Positions 62,138 through 64,000 of a stretch of DNA of 64,000 nt are shown piece after piece. The notes under the pieces are model-generated. The model made no database searches. It saw only the letters and a program-made list of their open reading frames with translations, and was not told where the DNA came from. Made by a program: the position numbers and the translations under genes. The DNA is from Hemiscyllium ocellatum (lineage: Eukaryota), in NCBI RefSeq assembly GCF_020745735.1, contig NC_083406.1:102835164-102899163 (forward strand), read 5' to 3'. Within the stretch, counting starts at the first letter, position 1; the number at the start of each line of letters is the position of its first letter.

Positions 62138-62765
62138 TTGACTCTCCTGACTCATGGATCACCACCACAAAATGGAGTAATTATATACAGGAAGGAGATA
62201 GAGTCCTTCGTGTCATGGTGCAGTGATAAAAATCTCTGTCTCAATGTCAGCAAAACAAAAGAACTGATCATTGACTTCAGGAAGAAAGGAAGAGGACACA
62301 TCCATGGCTACATTAATGGAGCTGCGGTGGAGAGGATCAAAAGCGCCAAGATCCTAGGAGTGATGTTAGCCAACAATCTGTCCTGGATCTTCCACATAGA
62401 TGTGATGGTTAAGAAGGCACAACAATGCCTCTTCTTCCACAAGGGGCTTAGAAACTTCAGCACGTCCATAAGGACATCCACCAACATTTACAGATGTACC
62501 TTAGAAAGCATTCTATCTGGGTGCAAAATGGCTTGGTATGGCAACTGCTCTGCCCAGGACTGTAAGAAACTAGCACAAGTTGTGTGCATAGCCAGGACTA
62601 TCACGGAAGCCAACCTCCATCCATTGACTCCATCTACACTTCTTGTTGATGTGAGAAGGGCTGCCAACATCAACACAAACCCCTCCTACCCTGGTAATAC
62701 TCTCTTCCAACCTCTTCCATCAGGCAGAAGATACAGAAGCTTGAAAACCAACAGATTTAAGAGTG
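62138..62765 (+). mobile_element. Rex1/Babar-type LINE RT C-terminal fragment
   Basis: WCS..NL.LNVSKTKELIIDFRK, KKAQQ.LFF...LR.F, YRCT.ESILSG....WYGNCS, LPSGRRYRSL motifs; followed by a CR1 3' end to about 63310. Confidence 0.88.
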
Positions 62766-64000
62766 AAGGGAATACCATGGATGCAGCTTCCATTTTTGTC
62801 AGAAGAAAGAACTCAACATTGCCACAATCATAGACTGGGATTATCTAAGTTGATCCCAAGTCTGAGGGATTTTTCTTTGAGGAGAGGTTGAGGAAGTTGG
62901 ATTTGTACTCACTGGAGTTTAGAAGGATGAAAGGATACCTTACTGAATTGTAAGTTTCTGAAGGGGCATGACAAGATAAATAAGGAGGGGTAGTTTCTTT
63001 TTTTGTGGGAAACTCTAGGACAAGAGATCATAATCTCAGAGGAAGAGGCCACCAATTTTAAGACAGAGATGAAGAGGGCTTTGCTATTGTGGAGAGCGGT
63101 GAATCTCTGAAATTCTTTACTGCAGAGGTCTGTCGAGGCTGGGTAGTTAAGTACATTCAAGGCTGAGGTAGGCAGATTTCTAATCATTAAGAGAATAAGA
63201 GTTACAGGGAAAAGGCAAGAAAGTGGAATTGAGAATTATCAGCTCAGTCATGATCTTATTGAATGGTAAAGTGGACTCAATGGGATAAATACTACTTTTG
63301 CCCCTACATCTTTTGGGAAACCATGAAGGAGTCTGAAGAGAAAAACACACCAGGAAGTTCAGTCACCATAAGTGAACGAGGGAGTCACCAACTGTTAAGA
63401 TGGGGAAAGAAAATGGTTCCAAGACCAACAAAAAGAAGACACCACTATTGAAAAAAACAGAGCAGCTGAGATTATATTCACGAAAACATCTCATGGTATT
63501 AAAAGGATAAATTGGACATCCTATTATCTGGAAAAAAAACACAAACATACTACTGACTTTAAGCAAGAACAGAGCCCCACCGATAGCTTGACAGAAACTC
63601 AAAGAAATGCACTCAGGACAGGAGAAGGCAGAATGTTACTGGTCTTTAGCTTTCGATACAATCTTAGTGAGATTAGGGCAAGTTATAATGTTGAGTTAGA
63701 GACAAACCCTGTAATATTTATGACCTGTGATGGAGACATAATTGGAAACTTTGCAAAGTAAAGGTTCTTTTTGAAATTAACACTGTCCTGCAGCACAGTC
63801 ATTTGAAAAGTAATCACCTCATCACACCAATAAGATGAAATATTAAAGTCTTTCATATGTGAAAAAAAGTTACTTAAAATTAACACACCTACTTATGGAC
63901 GCTCATTTTCATTAGGCTGTTGCTGTTAACCCTTAAATTAACTGTTCCTTCTAGGTGTTTAAAACGTTGGTATCTCGAAGTCCATTGTTAGCAAAACTAC

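Larger units (their letters stand above)
54360..63670 (+). mobile_element. Degenerate Gypsy LTR retrotransposon (K02A2.6-like gag-RT-RH-INT) fragmented by many later insertions
   Basis: gag (QVS.LLYA; E.AKFN...ESID....DIHKLA.NC..GELKDEL) 54380-54810; CCHC remnant near 57510-57560; RT (VDLT.FNKA...EIHPM..VEDSLAKL....FTKLDA) near 58570-58720; INT (SNGPQF....FKEFA.EYGF...PYYPQAN.EAERGIQTIK) near 61980-62110. Confidence 0.75.
28167..64000 (+). pseudogene. Candidate decayed multi-exon gene of unknown identity (chain of exon-like blocks between the repeats)
   Basis: Blocks 28167-28310, 28436-28496, 28623-28670, 29776-29845, 35244-35291, ?-39772, 41692-41756, 41849-41956, 42068-42162, 43278-43392, 43562-43632, 43962-44150, 47943-48046, 51932-52054, 63955->end; mostly AG/GT bounded (28310 has a mutated ataagc donor), several junctions phase-compatible, scattered in-frame stops. 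Confidence 0.45.

Noticed and set aside
62138-62833. 231-aa ORF as a host gene
   Set aside because: Motifs are those of a Rex1/Babar LINE RT C-terminus; non-ATG start; embedded in Gypsy debris

Overview
Repeat-rich eukaryotic genomic DNA. The HE1-type V-SINEs, SacSINE1-type Deu-SINEs and HER1/CR1 LINEs point to a cartilaginous fish, most likely a shark. The left 26.5 kb holds three intact minus-strand genes in tandem: LIPT1 (single coding exon), KCTD21 (single coding exon) and ALG8 (coding exons 1-11 mapped with splice sites, including one U12-type intron; the last exons lie left of the window). The right 37 kb is mostly nested transposon debris: CR1, Rex1/Babar, Penelope-like elements with minimal hammerhead-ribozyme motifs and hairpin derivatives, a Gmr1-type Gypsy with integrase before RT, a second Gypsy, a solo LTR and Harbinger remnants. 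Between these repeats is a chain of about 14 exon-like blocks on the + strand with consensus splice sites, partly compatible phases and in-frame stops. It looks like an unidentified decayed multi-exon gene, head-to-head with LIPT1. A second hypothesis is that LIPT1 sits inside a KCTD21 5'UTR intron and shares its first exon. All identifications are by eye from recalled family motifs; no searches were run, and repeat boundaries are approximate.
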